Below, piece after piece: positions 36,558-49,649 of a stretch of 64,000 nt of DNA. Origin of the DNA: Harriotta raleighana (Eukaryota); assembly GCA_050575255.1 (NCBI GenBank), contig JBNZDD010013599.1, positions 1,042,088 to 1,106,087 on the forward strand, given 5' to 3'. How positions within the stretch are numbered: position 1 is the first letter of the stretch; every line of letters starts with the position of its first letter. The translations under genes were made by a program, and so were the position numbers. Under the pieces are notes generated by a model. The model had not been told where the DNA came from. It did no database searches and saw only the letters and a program-made list of their open reading frames with translations.

Positions 36558-36945
36558 ATAGACCTGATAGAGATCTTCAAGATCATGAAAGGTTTCGACA
36601 GGCTGGATAGGGAAAAGCTATTTCCTCTGGTAGGTGTTTCTGTGACCCCTGGTCACAGTCTTAAGATATCTACCAAAAGAAGCAGAGGGGAGGTTAGAAG
36701 AAATTTTTTCACTCAGAGAGTTATTTGAATATAGAATGATCTGCCTGAAAGGATAGTGAGGTCCGATTCGATAGCAGCTTTTAAGAGAGAGCTGGGGAAG
36801 GCGGGATNTGGGGAAGGCGGGATTGCAGGGTTATGGGGAGAAAGCTGGTGATTGGGGTTAATAAAAGTGACATTGCTCTGTCAGAGAGTCAGCACAGACT
36901 CGATGGGCCGAATGGCCTCCTTCTGTGCCATAGCATTCTATGATA
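36558..36945 (+). mobile_element. CR1 LINE 3' end
   Basis: DLIEIFKIMKGFDRLDREKLFPL...RRNFFTQRVI; tail gatgggccgaatggcctccttctgtgcc..ATTCTATG. Confidence 0.92.
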
Positions 36946-37032
36946 TGCTGACAAATCGCTTACTTGCTGTTTCTCCCTCACAAATCAATGTTTTTTTTTA
37001 AAAATTGAAAAATTCTTCAGACTAATCCTTAC

Positions 37033-37114
37033 CCTGAATATACAAGGGATGTCCTTCCTAGTGGCATGAATGACATCGGACGCAAGAACAGAACTCACAG
37101 AAAAGGCTTCATCT
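37033..37114 (-). CDS. CDC42BPB: CDC42BPB exon ~27 (PH)
   Basis: [27 protein letters not shown]. Confidence 0.94.
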
Positions 37115-38197
37115 CTATAAATAAAGTTTAAGTATTAAACACAGTCCTCTACTTTAAGAGAAATACAATAACAATTAACAAAATTAACAATTAACAAAAG
37201 CAATAACTGTAGGAAAAGCTTAAGGAACAGCACACAAATCTTACAAATGTCTCATCTCTTGCCAATTACTATTAGCTATTAATCAGTTTGGATATTCTTA
37301 AGCATTATGTGTTACTGCAATTTTTTTTGACAAGAAATGAAGGATAAAGGTCCAAAATCTGGTTAGTGGAAAGATTTAAAAATATATATAGTTTCTATGA
37401 CTAGCCAAGTTTTATTTACTTTTCTCAATTATCTGTCTTTGGTGATCGTAAAAAAAACTATTTGTTGTTGAAAGTTGATTTGTGTCCTGACAAATATCAA
37501 TGTTTGCTCAATTTTATTAAATCCAAGCAAGTCTACTCAAATTAGCTTCTTCGGGTTATCTCAGCTAACACACAATAGCATATCTTCTTCGTGAATCAGT
37601 GTGAAGTTAGTCAAATTATTTACATTACTGAGGAACACTAAAGATTACTAAACTAGAAGTACCATTTTAAATTGCAGTGATGCAATCCCACTTAGAGAAA
37701 GGAATTAGGAAATAAATATGCTACTGAACTATACAAATCGATTAAAGGTTGCAAGAGATCATTTTGAAGAGAGTGAGATATCAGCTATATTCAGAATTTT
37801 AGTAAATTTACTGGAAACATTTTTGGCTGTTGGATTAAAATAAACTGTGGATTTTTAGTTCCATGAAAACCAATTTTGTGAGGAAAGAATAGACTCAATT
37901 AGATAATTCCCCAATGAATGTGACAAGTTAAGATCTCATAGCAGCGATAGGGAAATGCAATATAGCAGATATTTCTTTGGTTTTACTTGAATAATCACAT
38001 TTTGGAAATATCTGTTTTGCTGCCAAGTGAAAACCTATATTAAGTCAATTCCATATTAAGGAACTGACAGCCTATTGGCCCCTGCAACACAGATTATACC
38101 TCCTCCTACACTATAGGAAAATGAAAATATCAGAATATTAATGATTTTTCATTTTGTTTCTTAAGAGTTTATAATAATGATAATAATAAAGACTTAC

Positions 38198-38337
38198 CTC
38201 AGGTCCAGGACCTGACTGGCAACAACTCCAGGCTGCATAGATTTGCCTTCAGCCACGTCATACAGAAACAGTTTACAATCACAGACCACTGCATACGCAC
38301 GCTGCCAACCTTTCTTCACCCCTGTGGGCTTGGGAAC
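38198..38337 (-). CDS. CDC42BPB: CDC42BPB exon ~26 (PH)
   Basis: [46 protein letters not shown]. Confidence 0.95.
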
Positions 38338-39349
38338 CTCGAGTGAGAGAGGGAAGAGACAAAAGATTAGTGCCTGAACAATGCATGGAAATGGAATTGC
38401 AACAGTAAGAGTTTTGTGCATCTCCTTGTCAAATTACTGTTCCAGGTTTATACTGTGAAGTGCCTACTTTGCTGGCATTTTTTTCATCTGAGTGCGGTTT
38501 ATAATTCTACTTATTCTGGCCCTAAGTTCCATCGTTTAAATTTTATTAGAGGCACTTTACTAAAGGAATATACAACACAATATTTGTATTCTCCATATTA
38601 AAACAAAAATTACATTCCCTTTCCCCACTGCCAAATGACCTATAACACCAGACAAGAGCTTGGCATTTTTCCCCCAGCCAATTAAGGCAAAAGTGTCTGC
38701 AGTTACAGTTTTATCATGCAATTACAGTGAAACTGGATGTTAGAATCAATTGGATAGGCCTCCCATAACACAAGGATTCTTTCTATCTGGAGTCATTTAA
38801 TAAATAAACAGTCTACTCAATGCAGCATCACGAGGTTTCTGAAAGTACTGCAATATCCTTCCTCTAATCTCCTTTCTCACGAACCTATAAGAAAAAATTC
38901 CTGGAGTCTGCCTTCAACAAGTCCTTCACAAGTCTGAATCTAAGCCATCCCGGGCTAGTACCTGAACATATTTGAAACTTGTGTCCTGATTTACATCGTC
39001 TACTAGACCATCTCGCGAGGTTTGAAATACCACAGAAGGACTGCATTTGTCACAAGCGAAAACAGCCCAGCCAGATGAGCTTGACCTGTACCTGCTTTAA
39101 CCTGTGAATCACTGAGCGCAAGCAGTGCTGTAAAATGACTCCCCCCCCACCCCCACCCTCCCAAAAAAAAGTAAACACTATAGAATTGTATTCATCAGGA
39201 CTATCATTGCTTAACGATAGCTTTACACCTGAAAGGCACACCACCTTCTGTGCAAATCTTTCCAATGCACATACTGTAAACACCATTTGAACTGATCTTT
39301 GTCATGAATAACACGTCATCCAAAGTTACACTGCAGCAGATCTCATTAC

Positions 39350-39483
39350 CTTTACGTAGCCTTTGTAAGCTGTTCCTATCCCTCTCTGAACATCTATTCC
39401 GAGCGGCCTCTTTGTTTGCTCAGGGATAGGGCATACTTGAGGGGCATTGTCCTTGCATAACACGTGGCAAATAAAGGAGCAGA
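39350..39483 (-). CDS. CDC42BPB: CDC42BPB exon ~25 (C1 end)
   Basis: [44 protein letters not shown]. Confidence 0.95.
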
Positions 39484-39815
39484 CTGCGGAAGAAAACAGA
39501 AGAAATGTATAATATGAAGAGATGGAGGCATGTAGGAGGAGGGGTTTAATTGTAACCAAACGTTGCACTATTAAAAAATGGACCACACCAACAAAAATCA
39601 AACAGCGACTCTTTTAGATGAATTAGCATTTTTTTTTGCTTTGCTTAATACTCTGTGTGCAAACACTTAAGTGCCTGCAAAATACAATCTTTTATAAAGA
39701 AAATGCTCAGTGTGTGCAAGTGATTTACACACCACAATGTTAGAATACTCAAACCGTAATACTGAGCAGTAAATCTGGTGTACAGTAAGTTCTGGAGTAA
39801 CAACATGATACTCAC

Positions 39816-39921
39816 CATCACAGGCGTATCCCTGTCGAACTAAGCCAACCATGAGAGATGTGCAATGGCTGCACTGTGTAGGGCTGGAGAAAGTTCTGAT
39901 ACTCACTTGATGAGCTTTAGG
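39816..39921 (-). CDS. CDC42BPB: CDC42BPB exon ~24 (C1 start)
   Basis: [35 protein letters not shown]. Confidence 0.95.
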
Positions 39922-40259
39922 CTGAATAAGAGAAACGTTTTTAATAAACCACATTCAATAGACAAAAGTAATGACGTCTATTTTGTTTAGAATGTGTTCA
40001 GAATGTAAAGAATTCAGTGCATTCGATTAATTTTAATGTAAGCAAAGCCTGCAGCCCTATGAAGCAGCTTGGAATCCCTCCCAATGTTATTCATTTACTT
40101 CCTCCTGTACGATCTACACTTTTAATAGATAGTGTCAGGCACAAGCAAAACTGTTTTTACGACTAATTGAATTGAACAAATTCATATTACTTTTGGATTT
40201 CTAGGGCACATTTATGGCTGATTCTATGCAACGAACAGACTATTTATTTAAAAAAATAC

Positions 40260-40331
40260 CTTAGGCAAAGGAATTGGCTGTACAAATATAGGAGTAGCGA
40301 CTGGGGTGGATCTGGGGGTCATTGGCGGCTC
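40260..40331 (-). CDS. CDC42BPB: CDC42BPB exon ~23 (proline-rich linker)
   Basis: gcag|EPPMTPRSTPVATPIFVQPIPLPK|gtattt, 72 nt. Confidence 0.78.
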
Positions 40332-40559
40332 CTGCAATTCACAAAACAACAATTGACAATCCTGTCCACACTCAGAAATTTGACATTTTCACGATTAACC
40401 AAAATTAATATTTATATCAGCGACGACAATTTTGCGAGTCAAACGTGCTTAAGGTTCAGGAACAAAGGGAAAGACGGAGGCCCTCCTGACTGGCTCGCGT
40501 CAGCGCCTCCGCACCTCAGGCACTGGCACCATCAGACTCCGCCACTACCCCACCCCCCC

Positions 40560-41165
40560 CCACGCTGCTGAAACATTCATCCATGTTTTCATCACATCTC
40601 GGCTCGACTGCGGGAACTCTCTCCTTGTTGGCCTTCCCAGCTCCTCCCTTCACAGGCTGCAGATTATTCAGAATTCTGCAGCTCGTGTACTCTCCCGCAC
40701 CAGGCTTCGTGACCACATCACTTCCACCCTCGCCCGTCTCCACTGGCTCCCCATCCCCCAGAGGATCGACTTCAAGATCCTCGTCCTCACTTTCACGGCC
40801 TTGCCCCCGCCTATCTCTCTGACCTGCTGTCTCCCTATCAGCCTGCCCGTCCCTCCGTTCAGCGGGCTCTGGCCTGCTCCGCGTCCACCACCCTAACCCC
40901 CCAACCATCGGTGGCCGGGCTTTCAGCCTCTCTGCCCCCACACTCTGGAACTCCATCCCGCTGTCCCTTTCCCTCACCTCCTCCTTTAAGACCTTCCTCT
41001 TCGACCATGCCTTCTGCTCCCCTCCTAACTCTCTCCCCTCTCCTACTCTCCTTCCCCCTACCTCCCCAACACCCGCTCGGGTCCCGACATAACTATTCAG
41101 CGCCTTGGGATGTCCTCCCGACGTGAAAGGCGTTCTATAAATGTAATTTTTTGTTGTTGTTGTTG
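40560..41165 (+). mobile_element. L2-clade LINE, 5'-truncated 3' end
   Basis: ORF2 C-terminal relic AAETFIHVFITSRLDCGNSLLVGLPSSSLHRLQIIQNSAARVL...LHWLPIPQRIDFKILVLTF; tail ggatgtcctcccgacgtgaaaggcg..(TTG)n. Confidence 0.92.
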
Positions 41166-41654
41166 AAAGGATCATACGTTCATGTCAGCATCACATTGCA
41201 CAGAATAACAGTTTTAAGTACGATTTAAGTGTATGGGGCTTTATGCAGCATGATTCAATTCAATAAAGTCTGAATACTTCACAGCTTTGGCTTGATAAAC
41301 CTTTTGCTTCCAGTTACCAATTTTGTGACTGCTTAAAAACTGTTTTCACAGAAATGTTAGATTTACATTCATGTTCCCGCAATAAATTTATTTGGTGGAA
41401 TCCGTTAACAAATTAGAAATGCGAGTTATGTAAGTTCCTATATAGCAAAAGCGTAAATTGTTTTAGAACTGGTATTTGGTTATAACCGAACCATATAAAG
41501 CTTACTTTCTTGAGATAATACTCTCTTATGGAAAAGGCTCACTCAACATAATAGGACACTATTGGAAGTTTCTCCCAAAATGTTCAACGCCTTCAGAAAC
41601 AAGCTCAATTGCTTCGAAGGTTTTCTGGAGAAACGAAGGATATTGCGTACTTAC

Positions 41655-41753
41655 ATCCTGCTGTTCGGCAAGACTAGAAATTGACGGCGATGGAGAACGG
41701 GAAGATGCTTCTGGTCTTAGACCCCCGGGATCCGACTCACTAATGGAGCCACT
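41655..41753 (-). CDS. CDC42BPB: CDC42BPB exon ~22 (serine-rich linker)
   Basis: SGSISESDPGGLRPEASSRSPSPSISSLAEQQD|gtaagt, 99 nt. Confidence 0.85.
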
Positions 41754-42069
41754 CTACAAGAAAATAGTTTTGAAAGTGAACGTCAAGAGAAATGACCGCG
41801 CTAAATCTAAGCTATTGTACCTTGATAGGAAATCCAAACTTATACTTAACAACAAAATGCTGAATTTTATATCAGTGTTTGGAAGAGCACCAAGTTTGTA
41901 AATGTGTAATAATCGCAATCTTTACACCTGGTACAGCAGTTTTCACATTGGGAGAGTATCCCAATGCGCTTCACTGAATAGAATGCAAAGTATTTTGGGA
42001 TGGAGCCAATTTGCACATAGCAATGTCCCACAAATAGCCTTGAAGTGAAGGAACAATTTTATTTTGGGC

Positions 42070-42290
42070 AGTGAAGGACAAGACACCTCCTTGCCAATAG
42101 TGGAAAGGTTCATCTGAGCAGTCAAATGGGACCTCAGTTTAACATCTTGTCTGAACGATGCCATCGCCAATAATGTGGTGCTTTCCCCAGCACTGCAATG
42201 GGAGCATCAGGCGAGACAATGTGAGTTCAAAGTCCATGATGTGGAACCACAATTTACTAACTCGGGAGGTAAAATGCCACCAAGCGAGAC
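42070..42290 (-). mobile_element. Deu-domain-like SINE relic
   Basis: Reverse strand reads gatggcatcgttcagacaagatgttaaactgaggtccc, preceded by cattgcagtgctgggga. Confidence 0.6.
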
Positions 42291-43496
42291 AGATGTTGAC
42301 ACGAACAAATTGCAATACAGAATAACAGTTGAAGCAAATGGCACCAAATATAGCAGATCAATTTTTTTTTGTGATAACAGTATCGTTGGGTACCCTAAAT
42401 GGAATTTGGTAAGCATAAAACATATAAAAAATAGAACAATTCAGAAAATACAGTTTAGAAATAGTTCAAAAATTGCTGGAAAGGTAAGAATTCTCTCAAA
42501 GCTCTGCTAATGGTCTATTGAGTTACACTAAGCCATCCAGAAAACTGCAGGACTAAATAATGCTGCAAGCTTCATTAGCTAAACATACAATTGCTTTCAG
42601 CACTTCTGGTTCAAGGAGGAAAAATCTGTTAGGATCCCGGTGCTTTTACCATGCAGAGATCCAACCCTACTGGAAAAGTTATGTGTAGATATCAGCTTAA
42701 AAAAAATAAGAACCAGTGGTAGAAAAGTCTGATGCCTTTGGAAGCATCCCCTGTTGAAAAAAACAGATAATTCAAAAAAGGAGGAAAGGAAAAAATTCTT
42801 GGCAAAAAATTATATTTTCAATAATTTGTTTCGACAAGCCTTTTTTCTCTCCTCCCTCCCTTTCTCCCAACCAAATGAGCTTGGTTCCCAGCCCCCACCA
42901 AAACTGCCCTGAAAAATTGCCACATCTGTGGGATGATTTTCCCCCCGTTGAAAAAGTCTTGCTTTTAACCCCCTCATCGCCAAACCTCCGTGCACCATCT
43001 GGCAGCAGTAGGCGCTCGCTTGGGGAGGAAAAAAATCAATCGCGATTGTTGTTCCTACTCAAGTGTACTGGTGTGGATCTTGACCGAGGATAACGCTAGG
43101 GCCAGCCACAATGGCTCCGTTTGAATAGCTAAGGCTCATACATAAAAAAGGAATACTTCTGGGAGATACCAAAGGACGCCCAGCGACAGTGGAATTGTAT
43201 TCCAGTTCAGGGCAATTCTTTTGTAATCTCGTCAACTGAGTCCAATGTTTAAGTGGCCAGTTATAAGTGGGATGTGTACGTAAGAAAAGAAAGGCCAACT
43301 TCTCAAGGTTTCAACATTAACAAAATTACATTTATTGAGCGCTTTTCACATCGGGAGGATGTCCCAAAGTAATGGTGGCCTGATAACCCCCAGAAGTGTG
43401 GGCTTTCACACTGAAAGCCAGCTAGTCAGTCAGTGCGGGAAGCTAGCTTGTCAATCCATGTATTGTACTTCCGGTTAGCGCAGCTCCACAGGACAA

Positions 43497-43602
43497 ATAA
43501 TAATACTTGCATTTGATAGTGCGCTTTTCACGTCTTCCAGATGTCTCAAAGTGCTTCACAGAAAATGCTCTAAAATGAATTGACTGTATATTTGTGGGCG
43601 AG
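43497..43602 (-). mobile_element. SINE 3' fragment
   Basis: aataataatacttgcatttgatagtgcgcttttcacgtcttccagatgtctcaaagtgcttcaca. Confidence 0.78.
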
Positions 43603-45135
43603 ATGAAGCCATGGTACAACCAAGGACACTTTAGAAGGCGCAGCGGAAGTCAACATTGCCTTCTGGAGGGGATTGCAGAAAATGGGCATAAAACCCTGCA
43701 TGTATGCTCATACATGATTCAAGGCACTTTAAAAAAAATTTTTTTTTGGGTAAAGCATGGTTCCAAGCTTAACACAAACAACATACTGTTGGACCCTGTT
43801 ACACCATGCTGTTATTTAGGTCTGTGTATAATGTGGCAGCACAGAGGTATACAAAAGTGAATGACACACAGCCTCTGTTGCATACAAGCAGCTACCTGGC
43901 TTCCCAGCCACCACGCCAAATGTTCATAAGAGTTATTCTTGGCTTCCTACACTTACACCCATCTGGCCTAGTGACATCCACAACAATATCATCAGCAGTG
44001 TGCTGACCTAGAGAATGACCCGTTTTATGAACACAAAACACTGTTAATGACACAGGACAGACTGGATTCAAATACCTAAATATAAATCAATTGTGGAGTC
44101 TTAACTTGTTCGGGATATATTCAGGCATTTCTTTATGTAGGGCTCACTTCATTATAACGTATAAAGCTTTTTCCCATCCATACAAGGATCAAGTTGTATC
44201 GAGTTTGAGGTATAATTAACTTGAAATCACCTATCAAATTACAAAGAGTTACCAGTTCATCCCTGAACCTTCATTTACTCACAGCTGACTACAGAAAGGA
44301 TGCTGTCAGGGATGGTAAAATGTTTTCTTACATGTCTGTTCTTTATAAAGCAGGGCTTGATGGAAGACATCAAGTTGAATGGGGAAGGTAACAAAACAAG
44401 AAGAATCATTAGAACAGTATTTCACAGAGCAAAGGGTGAGGTATATAATCACCGAGCACCTGGAAATCTCAAGAATGGTTATGCCGTGTGCTCAGGAGTT
44501 CAAATAAATGATGATAACGTCCTCACTAAAGCAGAAGATGTGACCAAGGGATAACATTGCCCCACATCAGATACCAAAGCCGGTCAATATCCAACACTTT
44601 GTTGGCAATGCATCCTCTACAGTTCAACAGTTTTCATACTGCTCACTCACTACCACTCGTTTCATATTAATAAAACTGAAGCACCTTATATAACTAAAGC
44701 ACCACACAAGTGGCTATATAACAGATGAGGCCTAATTAAAAAGTCTACTCCAGCCAATTTTATTTGAACCCCTGAAGTTAATATTTTTTTTTTTACACAC
44801 TGGTTCTGCTGTTAAACAAAAGCCATTGAAAATACATCAGTTTAGCTGTTTAGTAGAACAACATAAAATTTTTACATTTAGTAGAATGCTGAATTACAAA
44901 GGGCTTTTTTTTTAAGTAATGGGAATAAGATTATTCTGCGTTTCTCCAAATGTTACAACTTCGAAGTTATGGCAAAATATGTTGTTGTTTAGTGGTTATG
45001 AACACCAATGACTGAATAAGTAAAGGAGATTTCATGTAAAACGATTGCGGAGGCGATTGGCAGGGTATAAAGGTCGGTTAGCTCAAAGGGTCGGGGTAAT
45101 GCAAGTTGGGTCATAAAGTGCTTACAGAAACTTAC

Positions 45136-45186
45136 TTCATCCCAAAACGCAAGAAGAGACGATGCAGATGAGGTAGAAATAAAGTC
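45136..45186 (-). CDS. CDC42BPB: CDC42BPB probable 51-nt cassette exon
   Basis: caaag|DFISTSSASSLLAFWDE|gtaagt, phase 0-0. Confidence 0.7.
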
Positions 45187-45587
45187 CTTTGAGTAACAAA
45201 TATGAGAAAAATACACTTAGCATGTCCCCTTTTCAAGTTCAAAAACGTAGGAACCAGGATACTCTCTTCAAGCTTCTCTGTGTAGAATTTGGGTTTCCAC
45301 TGCTTTAAAAGAAGTTAACTTGTTGGAAGTTTTTGAAAAGTTATAAATGCAATAGCCAGAATCAAACTACATCTGCTTTATGGAGGAGTGTGTGGACTGC
45401 GTGTACTTCTGCACCGACATGAACTGTTTTATGTCTCACACCAAATGAATTTGGCATGTGTCACAATTCACAATTACTATGCCATTTGGTTACTATTTTA
45501 AAAATTACACAGATACCGCTATAAAAATAACACAGGTCAAATGCTCTTTGGTTTGAATTTGCCACTAACTCTTTAATAAGCACTCAC

Positions 45588-45667
45588 TTTAAATCCCAAA
45601 TCATGTGGAATTGGAGAAGTGTTAAAGTAGTCAAATATAGAGTCTTGAAAATCTGGAAGCTTGAGAC
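45588..45667 (-). CDS. CDC42BPB: CDC42BPB exon ~21
   Basis: (G)LKLPDFQDSIFDYFNTSPIPHDLGFK. Confidence 0.93.
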
Positions 45668-45805
45668 CTTTTGAAGAAAAAGAAAAAATTAAAACTTGCT
45701 TTTTTTTAATAAGAGCCACACTTATTTACAGATAAATATAAAGCAATCCAGGTCTGGTACGTATAACACCTAGTAACAATATGACGCACTGTATAAATTA
45801 CTAAC

Positions 45806-45903
45806 CTTGCTCAGTTCTGACTCTACTTTCTTCCAAGTCTTTCTTTAAAGTTTGTATCTCTTCAACAAATTGTTGATTTCTACGATCTGAGTCCCTCAAT
45901 TTA
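45806..45903 (-). CDS. CDC42BPB: CDC42BPB exon ~20
   Basis: KLRDSDRRNQQFVEEIQTLKKDLEESRVRTEQ. Confidence 0.9.
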
Positions 45904-46321
45904 CTGTAAATACATTTTCAAAGAACATGAGTAGAATACAGGACGCGTGCGGATTTAACAGTTAAACAATACAGTTTATATTGGTTTTGTGCTTTTCACA
46001 TCGAGAGAGTGTCTCAGGGTACTTGACAATGCTGGCTCGGCACTTGAGCAGGAATTGGGGAAGCTGAAGTGGTGTGGAGGAGAAAGATGACAAAGTGCAT
46101 CTTGTTCTTGTAAATAGCCACATAAAACCTGTCTGAAATTTTAACAGTCAATATTTTTAAAATATTACATTCCTGCCAATATTCTCTGAAAAACACTTTT
46201 GCCTGGAGAACCCTGATATCCTTTGAGATTTCCTCAGATCCACTGCCATACCTTACATCACTGATGATACAAAAAAAGATGCATTATAGATCCAGGATCA
46301 GGATAGTAAAAAATCCCATAC

Positions 46322-46470
46322 CTCTCCAAAGCCATGTTTGTAGCTTTCACTCTACCCAGCTCTTCCTGAATTAACTGCTTCGCACGCATTTCTGTTTCAA
46401 GGGCTGACTGCAGCTCTAGCCTGGCTGACATATCCAGCTTTGCACTACGTCGCACTTTCCATAGGGGGTC
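46322..46470 (-). CDS. CDC42BPB: CDC42BPB exon ~19 (DMPK-type coiled coil)
   Basis: [49 protein letters not shown]. Confidence 0.95.
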
Positions 46471-47458
46471 CTGGGAGTAAAGCAAAAAGGAAATGTGAGC
46501 AAATAATCATGCAAATTTCAAGGAATGCACATTTACTCCTTAGTCGGGAGTCTCAGCAACAGAACCTCCTTGATTTCTCAAATAATTACAGTGAATCTGA
46601 ACATCTTTTATTTTCTTTAAATGACACTTGAAAAATATTGAAACAATGATCACTGATTGGGAACATTGGGGCAAATGGCTAGGGAGAGATATAAACCTTA
46701 AGAGTTAAAATCAAGGGCAATTTAGAAGATTAAATCCTTGAAACCACCTCTTAGTAATAAAGAACTCCGATCATAATTTTACTCTTGTGTCTTCGAGTCC
46801 GAGTTTCCCTTCGAAATGCTCTAAAATGTTATCAGGATTCAATGATTAAACAAGGGTAAAATAGATATTTTAATCAGATTCTAAAAGGATCTGGAGCAAG
46901 ATATTTTCCTGTGTTTTTGCTAATCTATGATCAGCGCTGCATAAAACAGAGCAACCAATACCATATTCTTCTTAATTCATCAAAAACAATTAGTTTCTTT
47001 AAGCTTCTCTGTAGAAATACGACCTTTGTATTGCAGATTGTAAATTAAACACAAAATATAAAGCAATGGCTGCATCAATTACTCTTCAATGCCATAGCTG
47101 AAAAATTATATGCTGCTAGATTTGAAAATTGTCCATTTAGTGAAAACAGACCTTTGCATTAATTACATTAATTAGCCTTGGCATTGCATCTGGTTATTGT
47201 TGTGGGTTGAGGATATCCAGAGGCTTATTCAGGGAATCGGATTATTTTATTGGAGAATTAGGAAGATCAGGAAAAAGGTGAAATTAAAACTTCAAAAATA
47301 AAAATAGGACACAGGAAAAAAATAGGACAGTAAAAAAAATCCACAGGTAAAGTATATTAACATTTAATTAGATCCTCCTGGCATGAAAGGCACTCTACAA
47401 ATATAATTTTGCTGTTAGCGGTGATAACCTGTGACTTGGGATTTAAAGTAAGTCTTAC

Positions 47459-47564
47459 CAGAGTTCTTGAACCGAGACTGGAATTTCGCAGAGATTCGAG
47501 TTCTTCTGTCATCTTTGATGCCAGAGCCTGCAAATATCCTCTCGCATCCTTCTCATCACTTACC
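47459..47564 (-). CDS. CDC42BPB: CDC42BPB exon ~18
   Basis: [35 protein letters not shown]. Confidence 0.95.
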
Positions 47565-47871
47565 CTAACACGATAAAAGAATGAATTAGCCCTGAAAGTT
47601 CCTTAATTACATTATCAACAAAAAATATTAAATTATTACATGCAAGCCTCTTCAGTTTAAACCTTTACACACACACACACACACACACATAAAAGGATCT
47701 GATCCATAAATATCTACTTATTATTCCAGTAGTGTATAGCTAATGGTACAAATTGCAAAAGACTTTGTTTAAGTATTCAAATATTATTCATTATCCCCAG
47801 AAGCAGATTTGCATGGTCGACACATCAAAAGTTACCGCACTTTTAGATTATGATCGATAATTCGAACATCA

Positions 47872-48111
<240 letters not shown>

Positions 48112-48544
48112 TTAAAGAGTTTGAAAACATTTGAATGGCATTTTTCAGGGCATTTTAAACCCAAATTCACAGTATTTTGTGACAGTCGATAAGAATATTA
48201 AAATCATAACCTATCACCCGGTAAGGCGTGTATAATTACATAGTGGATTTTCAACCCCATGGAGACCTACACCTCACAACAGGATGCCACTTTGTTGGAA
48301 GCAGCTAAAAGGAGTTGTGGTAATTGATCTCTAAAGAGAAATTGTCCAGCACTCAAGACCTTCCCGGGTGCAAGAAATCTTAGCTGGGAAGAATCAGTCA
48401 TGGTCTGGTATAAGTCATGGTCAAAAGTGGCTTAAGTTAAACAAACAGAATTCAAGACGTCATGGGAGGGGAAAGAAGAGGGCGGCAGAATTAAAGTTGA
48501 GAATTATGCACTGTGATCAAAATATAAATGTATTAGAGCCTTAC

Positions 48545-48650
48545 TCTATCGTTCTCGGCTGAAAACTTCTTGTTCTCTTCGATGAGCATGTTTTTCTCAC
48601 ATTCGTACTTCTTTTTCAGCTCGCTCAGAGTTTCTTCCATTTCGTTTTGC
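48545..48650 (-). CDS. CDC42BPB: CDC42BPB exon ~16
   Basis: QNEMEETLSELKKKYECEKNMLIEENKKFSAENDR. Confidence 0.92.
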
Positions 48651-49404
48651 CTATAGACAAAAAGCTAGATATATTCCAAGTTTCTTATCACGCTACAGAA
48701 CATCAATGGAGCACTTCCATTACACAGAATTTAGAGTTTTTCTGATACAATGAACTGATACTGTGCCTTATTTTGTTGAAAATCCATATGTGCTGGGATT
48801 CGAAATGAAGGTACATCTCATTTAGATGTACCACAACAGATCAGGCAAAGACAAATCAAGCCGCTCACTGACCCAGTTTGTTACTTTCCTCTTCAATAAT
48901 GATCAGATCATAACATTACAGTTAGAGCTATTAATATTATTAACGAACATCAACATTATCCTATTGTTTCCCAAACAAGTAAATGCAGTTTGTAATGGAA
49001 CTTACTTTATACTTTGCAGTAAAATTTTTAGAAATCTGACAAAGATTTGTAGTAGAAATGAGTCAGCTAAAAAAAATTCGCAAAGTAATCAACCAGGAAT
49101 ATTGATGATGCAACATCTACATTTTTATAATACTACATTGCTTTTCCAGTGAATTTTTAGAATATTCATGTATGAACACAATATTACAGTACAGTAATTA
49201 GATTACATTGAGCAAAGTTTCTGAATGGTGAACCCGTCCTGAACTTACCGTTACAAACTCAGTTTCAAATGACTGGAAAATAAAAATGAACAGACACATT
49301 TTATAGATTCTTTCTTGCACCAACCTTGAGCTCTGTAATAGCAGTCCAAAAATATTATGAAAATGAAATAGAAATTAATTTTGCAAGAAGCAGAGGCTAT
49401 TTAC

Positions 49405-49649
49405 CTGTCTCTCTTGACTTTCTCCAATTTGTCTTTCAGCATCATGACATCTTTCTGCAGAGCTAAGTGTTGGGCGTCTGAATCATGCAGCTCCTTCCGA
49501 AGGTTCTTAATTTCTGTGCAGTGAGCAGATTCACATCTCACAAGTTCCTCTTCGTAGAAAACTATTTTCTTCTCCAGTTCGGATTTTACCTTCGACAGTT
49601 CCTGCTGGTGCAGTAAGGTGGAGCCACTTGTTCGACCTCCATGCTTTAG
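49405..49649 (-). CDS. CDC42BPB: CDC42BPB exon ~15
   Basis: [38 protein letters not shown]...KDKLEKSKRD. Confidence 0.94.

Noticed and set aside
40516-41175. 219-aa minus-strand ORF
   Set aside because: Antisense reading of the L2 LINE fragment.
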